64,000 bases of DNA, taken from contig SMSO01000014.1 of assembly GCA_004764695.1 (NCBI GenBank), forward strand, positions 4,970,845 to 5,034,844, in the 5' to 3' direction. Below, one piece after another: positions 46,948 to 57,634 of this stretch; within the stretch, counting starts at the first letter, position 1; each line of letters begins with the position of its first letter. The DNA is from Schizochytrium sp. TIO01 (lineage: Eukaryota; Protista; Bigyra: Labyrinthulomycetes). A program made the translations under genes and the position numbers. Below the pieces are notes generated by a model. The model was given only the letters and a program-made list of their open reading frames with translations, had not been told where the DNA came from and did no database searches.

Positions 46948-48327
46948 GTTTATCAGATTCGCGCTTCAAAGTGCTGATGTACATGTTCAGGAGACTACGG
47001 AACCTGTAAAACCCAATACAGTGCTCCTTGGCATAGGAAAAACTTGTTGCCAGCCTCACATAACAGCTGCAGGCAATCATCAAGCTTCGGTAACTCAGAA
47101 CAAAAACACAAGCCAAGTACAGGCATATCTCGCTCGCCCCTTTTGAAGTATCAAGTTTCTTTTATATACAATGTGTTAACATGCGAGATGATGACAAATT
47201 AAGGGTCGCACTCCAAGTGTTAAACGGGTGTTTATTTTCAAGTACTGTACCTCATTTCGATAACCCAAGTGACTCCCATTTCCAACTCATTATAAATGAA
47301 ATCCAAAGACAAAAAGGAAGGTGACTATCATCTACAGAGCATAGCGTAGTGTCCTCTATGTGCGTCTGATAAGTGCATGCCTCTTCAGTCTAGACCATTC
47401 TTACATCACCGACGTAGTGCACGAACTCCTGATTACCCTCGCGTCAGAAACAATGCCCTTCAATAAAATAAAATCAAAACTTGTCCAAACACCTCCAACT
47501 AGACAGTGGGAGGAACTTTACAAGTAACTATTTGCGAGGCAGTTCGATTTTTTTCAAATAGTGAACTTTCATTTCAGTTCTCTTTGAAATCGTACGATGG
47601 ATGACATTTTCCAGTGAAGCTCTCCACAGACGTGTTTCGAGATATATAGACTATATAACAAAGGCCCTACAGAAACTGACCATCATAGTGCGCAAGCCGT
47701 TGATCACCTTAAAGATCAGATCAGCATAAACATCACAGACCATTTCCTCAAGAGCCTATGTCCGTTTTCCCCAGTCCTCTGGGCTTCGTAATGCTAAAAA
47801 CTATAAATACTACCCTCCAAAAGTTATGACATTCAATTTTTCCAAGGCCTGTTAAAAAGATCTAGTAGAAGATTCGTTTCATATCCTGCATGCCAATTTT
47901 TCTAGCTAGTCGCTACAAAGCAGCTTAATCAAACTCAAACAACAGTGCTGATTCATATCTATATAAGCTTTTGCTGATCCCTGCACTACAGACGAGTAAA
48001 CAGAATCTCCACAACATTACTTTGGACCTATGCTAGTAGATTAAAAAAAAAACGCATACTGGTGAAAGCAATACCTCTATTGAGTTGAAGATGCGCACTA
48101 GATCATCCGTCTCAAGAGCTCTACTGGTACTTTCAAACGTGTTATACTCTCACAATCGCGAGCATAGTTGTCCAAGCTATCAAATGCAGGGCATGGCAAA
48201 CCTGCCTCATAATGCAAATTTCCACACAATATTTGAGCACCACCTTCATAATCGATGCATCAATCCTTTAATCCTTGATGACTTGACAGAATATTTCATT
48301 GATTACCAATTTCAGTGAAAGTATAGC

Positions 48328-50772
48328 TCAAGACCGCATTACACGCCTTCTTTTGGACGCTTGCTCTTTTCTATAATAATTGCGTATGGCGTCAAGGATG
48401 TCTGCACCAGCATTGCGTTCTTGACAAAAAAGCTCACATTCTTTCATACCATGCAAGGCGAGGCTCAGAAGTGCACCGCATGCCTTCTGTTCTACATCAG
48501 TATTTCCTTGGTGATTACGCATGGCATTGATAATATCTGCATCGGCATTCAGCTCATTACGGAGAATGATACAGTTAAGACCATTATTGCAAGTTAAGCC
48601 CATAAGTGCACCGCATGCATTTTGTTGAATAATTTCATCTTCAGGGTGATTGCGCATGGCCTGAACAATGGCCGCACCAGTGCTGTGAATTTCACAAGGA
48701 ATCTTACAATTACGATCATTGGTGCAGGTTAAGCCCATGAGCGCACCGCATGCATTTTGCTGAATAATTTTATCATCAGGGTGACTTTGCATGGCCTGAA
48801 CAATGACCTCACCAGACCTGCGATCTTCACAAAGAATTTTAGAATTACTAGGACTGTTGAGAGTTAATTCCATAAGAGACGCGCATGCCTCTCGTTGCAA
48901 AGAAGTATCTAAACGGTGCGTCTGCATGGCCTCAACAATCTCTACACCAGCCTTGAGATCTCGACAAAGAATCTCACGATTACGAGCATTGCCTACAGCA
49001 AAATTCTTCAGTACACCACACGCCTTCCGTTGTATACTGGCATTGCCACGGTGCATTTTCATGGCCGCAGTAATATCTGCACCAGCGTTTAAATCTTGAC
49101 AAAGGATTTCGCGATTACGATCATCTTTGCAAGTTAAGTTCATAAGCACAGCACAGACTGTCTGCTGAATAATTTCATCATAAGGGTGGCTGCGCATGGC
49201 CTCAAGAATGGCTTCACCAGCTTGAACTTCCTGACAGAGGATTTCGCAATTGAGAGTATTGTCCTCACTGAAGATATGAAATACATGACACAATTTCTGT
49301 TGTAGAGTGGCATCTTTAGGGTGTTGGCGCATTGTTTCAACAATACATACACCAGCACTCAGTGTTTGGCATAGAATTTCACAGTTTTCACGATTTCTCC
49401 TAGCGAAGTCAGAAAGCTCAACACATGATTTCCGTCGTTGCAGAGCGGCATCCTCGCGTTGGTGGTCGAGCATTTTCATAATAATATCTACGCCATCCTT
49501 GAGCCTTCGACGAAGACTCCTTTCAGGGAGGTCACTGTCTTTACTTAAACTCATAAGAGTGTCTAACACTATTTGCGTTAACGCGGCATCTGCACGGTGA
49601 TTACGCATAACTTCAACTAGGTACAACCCAGCCTTAAGCTCTCGACAAAGAATCTTACAGTTACGAGCATTGTTTAGGCTGAAGTTTTTGAGAATTTCGC
49701 ATGCCTGCTGTTGTAGAGAAGTATCTTCACGGTGTTCGCGCATAGCCTCAAGAATCTCTGCACCAGCATTTAGTGCTTGGCAGAGAATCTCACAGTTTTG
49801 AGGTTTCTCATGAGCTAAAGCTAAGCTTGAAAGTTCATTGCATGCCTGCCGTTGTAAACTGGCATCCTTGCGGTGGCGGCGCATGTCTATAACAATATCT
49901 AAACCGGCCTTTAGCACTATGTTGAAACTATCATCGAAATGATAGATGTCGTTAGACAATAATGAAAGTGTTTCAAATGCTTCCTGCTTTACAACAACAT
50001 CTGAGTGGTGAGTGTATATGGCGTCGATAAGGTGCAAGTTAGCTTTGAGCTCTTCATAAAGAATCTTACAATAATGAGCATTTTCGGAAGCCATATTTTT
50101 AAGCGCACGACACGCCTGTTGTTGTACCTTGACATCTGCATGGTGCTTGTGCATGGCTTTAAGGATGTCTGCACCAGCGTTGAGCTTTTCACAAAGAATC
50201 TCACAATTACGAGCATTTTCGAAAGTCAAGTTTGCTAGTAAACAACATGCGTTTTGTTGTACCTTGGGATCTATATCGTGTTCGCGCATGGCTTTAAGGA
50301 TGTCTGCACCAGCGTTGAGCTCTTCACAAAGAATCCCACAATTCTGAGCATTGTTCAAAGTTAAATTTGTAAGCGCATCACATGCGTTTTGTTGTACTAT
50401 TGCATCGGCTATGTGTTTACGCATCACTTCGGTAATGTATCTAATAGCCTTGAATTCTTGACAAACAATCTCGCGATTACGAGCATTTTCGTGAGTCAAG
50501 TTTACAATCATGGCACACGCGATCTGTTGCAGAACGACGTCGACAGGGTGACTGCGCATGGACTTCAGAATGAGTGGAGCTACCGAACGACAAAAGGCGT
50601 CCGAAGAATCATCAATGGAAGCAGCAGCTCTACTGACGAATTCACACGCATTCCTTGGAAACTGTCCAGAGAGAAGTTTCAATTGCAAATCGTCTACAAA
50701 ACCCCTTTGCTCCTGGCTGAGGGAGGCTCGAAGCTCTGCGTTTCGAGCCCTACTTTCGGCTGCTGCGCTCAT
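48328..50772 (-). CDS. Armadillo-repeat protein (about 17 Cys-rich ~44-aa repeats) with C-terminal NLS-like KRRR
   Basis: Repeat consensus approximately NxEILCxELNAGADILxAMRxHxxDxxVQQxACxxLxNLT. DNA-level repeat: ggctttaaggatgtctgcaccagcgttgagc recurs 135 bp apart (about 50155 and 50290). First ATG at 50772. Confidence 0.9.
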   Translation of the reverse strand: MSAAAESRARNAELRASLSQEQRGFVDDLQLKLLSGQFPRNACEFVSRAAASIDDSSDAFCRSVAPLILKSMRSHPVDVVLQQIACAMIVNLTHENARNREIVCQEFKAIRYITEVMRKHIADAIVQQNACDALTNLTLNNAQNCGILCEELNAGADILKAMREHDIDPKVQQNACCLLANLTFENARNCEILCEKLNAGADILKAMHKHHADVKVQQQACRALKNMASENAHYCKILYEELKANLHLIDAIYTHHSDVVVKQEAFETLSLLSNDIYHFDDSFNIVLKAGLDIVIDMRRHRKDASLQRQACNELSSLALAHEKPQNCEILCQALNAGAEILEAMREHREDTSLQQQACEILKNFSLNNARNCKILCRELKAGLYLVEVMRNHRADAALTQIVLDTLMSLSKDSDLPERSLRRRLKDGVDIIMKMLDHQREDAALQRRKSCVELSDFARRNRENCEILCQTLSAGVCIVETMRQHPKDATLQQKLCHVFHIFSEDNTLNCEILCQEVQAGEAILEAMRSHPYDEIIQQTVCAVLMNLTCKDDRNREILCQDLNAGADITAAMKMHRGNASIQRKACGVLKNFAVGNARNREILCRDLKAGVEIVEAMQTHRLDTSLQREACASLMELTLNSPSNSKILCEDRRSGEVIVQAMQSHPDDKIIQQNACGALMGLTCTNDRNCKIPCEIHSTGAAIVQAMRNHPEDEIIQQNACGALMGLTCNNGLNCIILRNELNADADIINAMRNHQGNTDVEQKACGALLSLALHGMKECELFCQERNAGADILDAIRNYYRKEQASKRRRVMRS

Positions 50773-52289
50773 TCTGGTGGAGGGAGATCTGTGCCAGTTT
50801 GCCTCCGGCAAAGCTCATCAACAGCGTCTTGACTTTGAGAAGGAGTACAGAGGCTGTGCCTTGTTACAACTCTAGTCGTCTTCGCCTGCGACAACTCGAT
50901 CTGTTCTGGTCCGAGCCACTTGAGAGCGCTTTTGTGCTGTACTACGAAGAGGCAGACTACATACACTCCACTCCCTCTGCCTGCACACCTAAAAAAAACA
51001 CTCCTACATGGACAAGCAAGGAAAAACACGCCCAAACGAACAATTTCACCTCTCTAGCTAGCCTAGGCTAGCTCTAGAGAGACGTACGTAAGTACAGTAG
51101 TTAGCACTACTCATTCTAACTCGAAGCAAACCTGACTGACTATGAATGAGGCAGACACAGCCAACACCTGTGCAATCAACCAAAGTAAAGAAAGAGAGCG
51201 AACCTCTTGACCTTGCTGGGAGTCAGCTTGCTTGCTTGCTTGCTTGCTTGCTTGTTCATTCTGCCGATGCAATAGATTGTCGGCCTGCAGAAGTCATTTG
51301 TCAATCAAAACTACAATGGAAGGCCCATCAATAGCCAGTTAGTTAGTATGGTCGCCCTCCATTGTTTCTTTCCTTCATTCATGACCTCTGCACGTGTCAG
51401 TACTCTCAGTGTTGTCTGTTCCCAATGTACGTTCCCCATTTCAGAAGCAGCAGCAGCAGCCGTAAGTAAGTAAGTGAGTGCATCCATGCTCTTTACCGAA
51501 AGGTCGCCTCATTCATGGGATGGGAACTTGGGTGTTTCATTCATCCTCGCGCAGAACTTGGAGCGATGGCCTTCTAAAAGGAGGGAGGGCCCATCCATCC
51601 CCAACGAGTTGCACTCATTTCTGTCAACAAGAAGAACTTGTGCTCGCACACACCGCAAATTGAAGGCACAAAGGCCACCGCTGCTGCCATCATCGTCTCC
51701 ACCGCAGGTCTATCCCAACGCCACATCTTCACTGCGTGCCTTTCATTCCCAGCCTCAGAATCCGACTCGACTCACCCCAAAAATGCAACGCAATGCAACG
51801 CAATGCAATGCAACGCAACGCAATGCAACGCAATGAACGTGCGTGCATTTTTTATTTTATATTTTATTCTTTATAATTGTTTTTTTTATTATTTTTAGGA
51901 CACTTGAGCTGCGTCCCCACGTCTGCCTGAGGGCCCATCGCTCTGGAACTGCGAGCGCTCCAGAGCCCCAAGCCGCAAATTGCGCCACTGCGAGGCCCAA
52001 ATAGCTCGCTGGGGGGTCCTCGCGAGCTCCAGGCGGGCGTCCTCCTCGTCGGGCTAGCTGCGTGCCTACCTACGCCTGCCAGGCCGAGGAGGCACTGGCT
52101 GAAAGCAGTACTGCGCCCACGACGACGGCGACGCTGCCATTGCCCTCAGGGCGGGACAGGGAGGGGCGCCTCGTAGGCTAAACACTAGCGCTCATAGCCT
52201 CCAGCTGCCGGCGTCATCGAAAGAAAGCGAAGGAAAAATAAAAAATAAGGAAACTAATGAATGATTAGAATAATAAGAAAAAGAATCAT

Positions 52290-52445
52290 TGATCGATGAT
52301 GATAATTGCAGAAATAAGGAATGATCGATGATGGTGACAACAAAAGCAATGATTGATGATGATAACAGCAAAAATAATGAATGATCGATGATAATAACAA
52401 CAGAAATGATGAATGATCGATGGTGATACTGATGATGAAAGCAAT
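52290..52445. repeat. Degenerate ~28-33 bp minisatellite (aatgatcgatgatgataacagcagaaataatg-like), about 5 copies
   Basis: Recurring 'aatgatcgatg' heads followed by similar A-rich tails. Confidence 0.8.
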
Positions 52446-52979
52446 TAAATCATGACAACTTCTTCAGTGATGCCGAGAATAGGGATGAGAAAGAAGGAGC
52501 TTCAACAACGTGTCAGTCACCTGAAAACGAAGCAAGCGAGGAGCCGCGAGATCCAGCGAGACCAGAGCCTTGCTGGCTCGCTCGCTTGCTCGCTTGCTTT
52601 CGAGAGCTAACCTCGTCGAAGACCCTGTTTGCAGCGGCGCCGCGCCTCGCGCAGACGTAGGCACGTGTGTTGGTGTGTATAGCCCAGCTCGAGCGCGTGG
52701 CCTTTGTTTTGTTTGTATTTTGCACTACATGGTGAACGATTTCCGCCATCTTCGCATCGCCTGTGAGTGAGTGACCAAGCATCCACGTCTTGCATACCGG
52801 CATTCAGAATGACGCCAACAGGAGAAGAAACAAGCCAAACGAAACCCCAACACAGAGCGGCGAACCAAAAGATCGGGCTCGCCTGGCGAAGAAGCCGCAG
52901 GCCCCGCCGTAGTCTCTGCCATTCGCAATTGGGCTCTCCATCGTCCATCGCAGTGATGTGATGTACCTATTTATTGGAG

Positions 52980-53400
52980 TGCGATGCGATGCGATGCGAT
53001 GCGATGCGATGCGATACGATGCGATGCGATGCGATGCGATGCGATGCAATGCAATGCAATGCAATGCAATGCAAGGCTTTCTCTTGGTCTTCGCAGGCGA
53101 TGAGAAGTCGTCTGCAGCCGAGTTGGCAGCGCGAAGAGGTCTTCTGCCCTCGCGATGACCTGCTCGCTTGCGACGGTCGCATCAATCGCCAGCCTTGGTT
53201 TGTTGCATGGCACTCATTGCATTGCGTAGCATTCATTGCATTGCATGGCACTCATTGCATGGCACTACTCATTGCATTGCATTGCAATAAATTGCATTGC
53301 ATTAATTGCATTTGCATCGTATTCATTGTATTAATTGCATTGCATTCATTGCATTGTATTAAATTGCATTGCATTAAACTGCATTGCATTAAATTGCATC
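52980..53400. repeat. (GCGAT)n-(GCAAT)n array, spacer, then (ATTGC)n-type degenerate array
   Basis: Pentamer arrays at 52980-53074 and about 53205-53400. Confidence 0.9.
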
Positions 53401-53524
53401 GCCTGAAGAAGCAGCGCCTCATTCGCAAACCTCCTCGCAAGCGCAGACACAGTTTCCATTCGTGCTGTCCGTGTCTGTCTGTGACAGAGGCGCCGAAAAC
53501 GCGAAGAAGCGAAGCGTTGAATTA

Positions 53525-53800
53525 ATGAATGAATGAATGAATGAATGAATGAGTGAATGAGTGAATGAGTGAATGAATGAATGAATGAGTGAATGAATGA
53601 ATGGGTTCGAGGTTCTGCGATGGCCGCGCCGCGAGACCGCCGCCGCCGCCGCCGCCGCCGCCGCCCGGCCGGCCTCGGGCGCCGCCCGGCCGCCGCCCGC
53701 TCCGCCCGCCCGCCCGCGCCCAAAGGCGGCCCTCCGAGGGAGGCCTGCGAACGGTTTGCGCCCCGCTAAGCAGCCGTTGGCGGCGAATTGGTCCTCCTCA

Positions 53801-53852
<52 letters not shown>

Positions 53853-54040
53853 GTGAGCTTTGGTGAGATAATGTAATGGAATGAATGCCTTCAAAAAGTG
53901 ACTGTTGGCTTTCCTTTCTTTTTTAGAACATTTTAGTTTTAATTTTAATTAAAAGTCTATGGTTAAGTTTTTTTTTTTTTTAATTTTAGGTTTTTGTTTG
54001 TTTGTTTGTTTGTTTGTTTGTTTGTTTGTTTGTTTGTCTG
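53525..54040. repeat. Compound microsatellite block: (TGAA)n, (CCG)n GC-rich core, (GAAA)n, (TTTG)n
   Basis: Read directly. Confidence 0.9.
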
Positions 54041-54399
54041 TCTGTGTATTTCTTTCTTTTGTGTTTGGTTTTCGAAGTACATCGATCATGCTCTCCGTTC
54101 ATTCACTCACGGCGGTGTTTGCATATGCTCACACGGCAATTCGCTCACGCCTTCGCTCACTCTTCCGCACATGCTGTGGAATGTGTTCATTCAGTCGTTC
54201 GCATGGCAGCAGTATCTGATTATCGAGGGTAATGTACGCTGTAGGCTCGTGCGCTGCGCTTCGGGCGCCAGAACAGGTCTCTTGAGCCTCGCTTTCGTAG
54301 CGTGGCCTGCCACGCCCAAAGCCTTTCTCCTCAGCGCGTTCATCTCCATCCACTCTGCGCGAGTCGATGTTTGCAAGGCACTCCATTGCAAGTTTTGCG

Positions 54400-54580
54400 T
54401 TGCATTGCATTGCATTGCATTGCACTGTACTATACAGCATTAAATTGCATTAAATTGCATTAAACTGCATTGCAATGCATTGAATTGCATTAAACTGCAT
54501 TGCAATGCATTGAACTGCATTGAACTGCATTGAACTGCATTAAACTGCATTAAACTGCATTAAACTGCATTGCATTGCAA
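54400..54580. repeat. (TGCAT)n / (TAAACTGCAT)n 5-10 bp satellite
   Basis: Tandem taaactgcat, tgaactgcat and tgcat units. Confidence 0.92.
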
Positions 54581-56265
54581 GGCCACTAATCGCAGCACAT
54601 GGCATTTAATCGCAGTTCAACGCCGCATCGCTCGACTCTGATTCCGTGCCATTGGCAGCATGGGCTGCTCATGAACGTCCCAGTCGCCGTCCCTGCTCTG
54701 ATCAGAGGCAGCCGCGCCTGTCTTGGCCAGCGCCTTGCCGAGTTTCTCGCAGAGGATGAGGGTTTCCGCGGGACCATAGGCGTATGCATGCTTTCATAAA
54801 GAAAGGTCTCCCGCGAAAGAAAAGAAGAAATGAAAAGAAAGAAAGAGAAAGAAAGAAAGAAAGAATGGAGAAAGAAATGTCTTCTCACGGTTAGAGCAGA
54901 GGCGCTGCTAAGGACGGGCTCAGGGTGTCCAGTGAAGGGCTGGAAAGTGCGGTTGGCCTGCGTGGATATATGTGTGTATATATATATATATATACATAGG
55001 TATGTATATATGTATGGGAATTAAGTACGCTTGCTTTGCTGCTTTCTAGGTTCGTCTGCGATGCGATAAATGCGTGCGAAACTAGGCGGAAAGGGAGCTA
55101 GTTTGCATCCTGCAGAACCACTGATTACGTTCGCGTTTGCGAGGAAGAATCAGCACTGCCGCACGGAACAAGCTCTCCATCTTACAATCCCGATTGAACT
55201 ACTTTTCTTTACTTTACTCCATCTCATTGTTTTATGTTCAGAGTTTAGTTTCACAGAAATGACATTGAGTGAACTCTGCCTGGCCTTGGATACCGTTTTG
55301 CGTAGGCGGTTCCTAGCGAGGACCTGTTCGATCACTCTTTCTTTTCTTTCACTCACTCACTCACTCTTTGAGTGGTAAGAAGAAGGAGGGGGGCGATTGG
55401 TCAGTGAAGTTCTGTCTGTTTGTTTGTTTGTTTGTTTGTGAATGCGCGTAGAAGCGAAGCCTTGCCTCCCTGTGATGTGAAGGGTCCAGGACAACTCGCG
55501 ACGACGATTTCAGTACCAAGCGCGACGATTTGGCAGGCCCAGCTCGATTGAGTTCGAGTCAATTCATCGGGTCAGCTCAGCTTTTGCTTTGCTTTATAAG
55601 AAATAAAACTAAAATAGAACTAAAAATAACACTAAAAGCTAAAATGCTTCTTTCTTTCTCTCTTTTTTTATTGTTTGTTTGTTTGTTTGTTTGTGTTGTT
55701 TTCTCTTTCCCGGTTTACTTCAGAAAAAGAACTTCGGACACCAACTTTTTTGAAGTAAAATGAAAAGTTTTAACATAGGTTAAACAAATAAATCGCAGAC
55801 TTGTTAGAAAAGCAAAGCTAAAGTAGAGTACAGCAAAGCCGAGTTCTGCGAGCCTCTGCGTCAGCAGCACCGCACAGAGCGTCGGGCAAAGCTGGCCACG
55901 CGGAGAGAGAGGGCGGCAGCAGCGGTAGACGCCTCGCGGCCGGGAGTCAAGCCAAGCCTCACTCGCACTCGCACGCAGCAGAGGCCAGCAGGCCCTGCCT
56001 GCAATCGTTCGTTCGTTCACTCGTTGCCGTGTCTCCCTACCTGTGCAGACTAGAATCATATAGGGTTTACTGTAGGGATTGCAAAGTCCTGGCGAGAAGG
56101 CAGGCAGGCACTACGGGGAATTAGTTGCAGGGTTTGAGGCAACAAGGACCTCGACAAGGTCTTGCGGGCAGGAGGATATTGTCAGCCCGCAACAGAAAAT
56201 AGTATCTTCTGATAAGCAGATCTCCTTTGTGCGGTTTGGTTAAAGACTGGGTCCACCACGCAAAG

Positions 56266-57634
56266 ATGGCGGCCAATTTTACAGTAGGCATCCCACTGCC
56301 TGAGGAGCTCGTGTGCCATGCACTGAGTTTCCTAAGCGTGGGCAGTCTACTCACGCGCGTGAGCTCGAGTTCAAAAAGAATGAACCGCTTGTCAATGGGT
56401 ATTATTGGTGCAAATGAAGGAAACAAAACTGACCTTCTGCTGGAAAAGGAATACGGCGTGGAGCTCACCCGAGTTGAGCCAGTGCCTGCGCTGGCAACGC
56501 GGTATCGGCTGCTGCAAAGACTTTACGAAACTTACGGCCAACTGTCTAAAGAAGCATCTCGCCATAGTATCAGATCGATTTCACCTGAAGCCACAGTGGA
56601 CCAGGAACCACTCGAAGAACCTTCTGAACCTAGCTTGTTTCGTGTGCTTGAAACACTCTGCTTTCATTATGCAGCGTCCAAATTTGGAAAAGTTGTCACT
56701 CTTGATGATCGCGACGTGCAAATTGCAGCTGGAGTCAAGTTACTTGAGTACAAACGGCATCTCGTGCCATTTTACCAATTTGTATATCTTCACGATACCA
56801 TTCGCAGTATAGTCACCGCTCGCGAGAAATATCTACTCGACTACTTTGCATTCCCTGGGGAAGGGAAATGAGGATGGCGAAGACGCGTCTGGGAGTCAAT
56901 CGCCACGGAAGAGAGCCCGTACTCAGGAAACCCGTGGCCAGCGCCAAGCTGATGCACGTGAACATTCAGGAAAACTGACAAAGTTTGGCCTTGAAATGTG
57001 CGACCAAATCTTTGACTTTTTTGATGCCGACAATGATAATCTTCTGGGTTGGGAGGAACTCTCAGCCATCAACCAAGCAGCAGGTCTTCCGCTCAGTCTC
57101 AGTGCGTACCTCTGGGTGCAAACCTCATATGAAACTGGTGCGCACGGCCGTTTAACTCGTACAGGCTACCAGCAAATGTTTCTGGAGAACTTTGTTCGAG
57201 TGCCACGTCTCATGTACAAAGATCTCGTTCGGCTTACCGCCTACCTTGAGGTTTGCGACCGGCCTAAGCTTATTAGCCACATCCTCGCACAGATGCAGCA
57301 TAACATCGGTCGTGCTGGTGCCAACAACAACAATAATAATAATGATAATAACAACAACAACAACAACAACAACCCTGACGATGGTAACAACAATCGCAAC
57401 AACGCTGAAAACACTAGAAATGTCAACGTTGGGCCTGCCACCCCTCATGCGCTTTCTAATTTGCAAGTACAGTTTCTTCCTGCTGCGCTTCATACTACTT
57501 CTGAACAAAGCAGCGGCGTTTCAGCAACCATGGAGGCCCAGACGCTCTACACTGGAGAAGATACCGCTTTAGACAGTCGTATCAGATCTCTGACAACACA
57601 TGGCGAAAGCAGCTTGCAACCCAATTCTCAATGA
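56266..57634 (+). CDS. F-box plus EF-hand protein with poly-Asn tail, split by a +1 frameshift near 56863-56871
   Basis: N-terminal F-box 'LPEELVCHALSFLSVGSLLTRVSSSSKRMNRL' (ORF to 56871). The overlapping +1 frame continues with PRKRAR, EF-hand 'FDFFDADNDNLLGWEEL' and an (AAC/AAT)n Asn run. Confidence 0.7.

Noticed and set aside
52290-52445. CRISPR-like appearance of ~30-bp repeats
   Set aside because: Units are adjacent and degenerate with no unique spacers, no cas genes, and the context is eukaryotic; it is a minisatellite.
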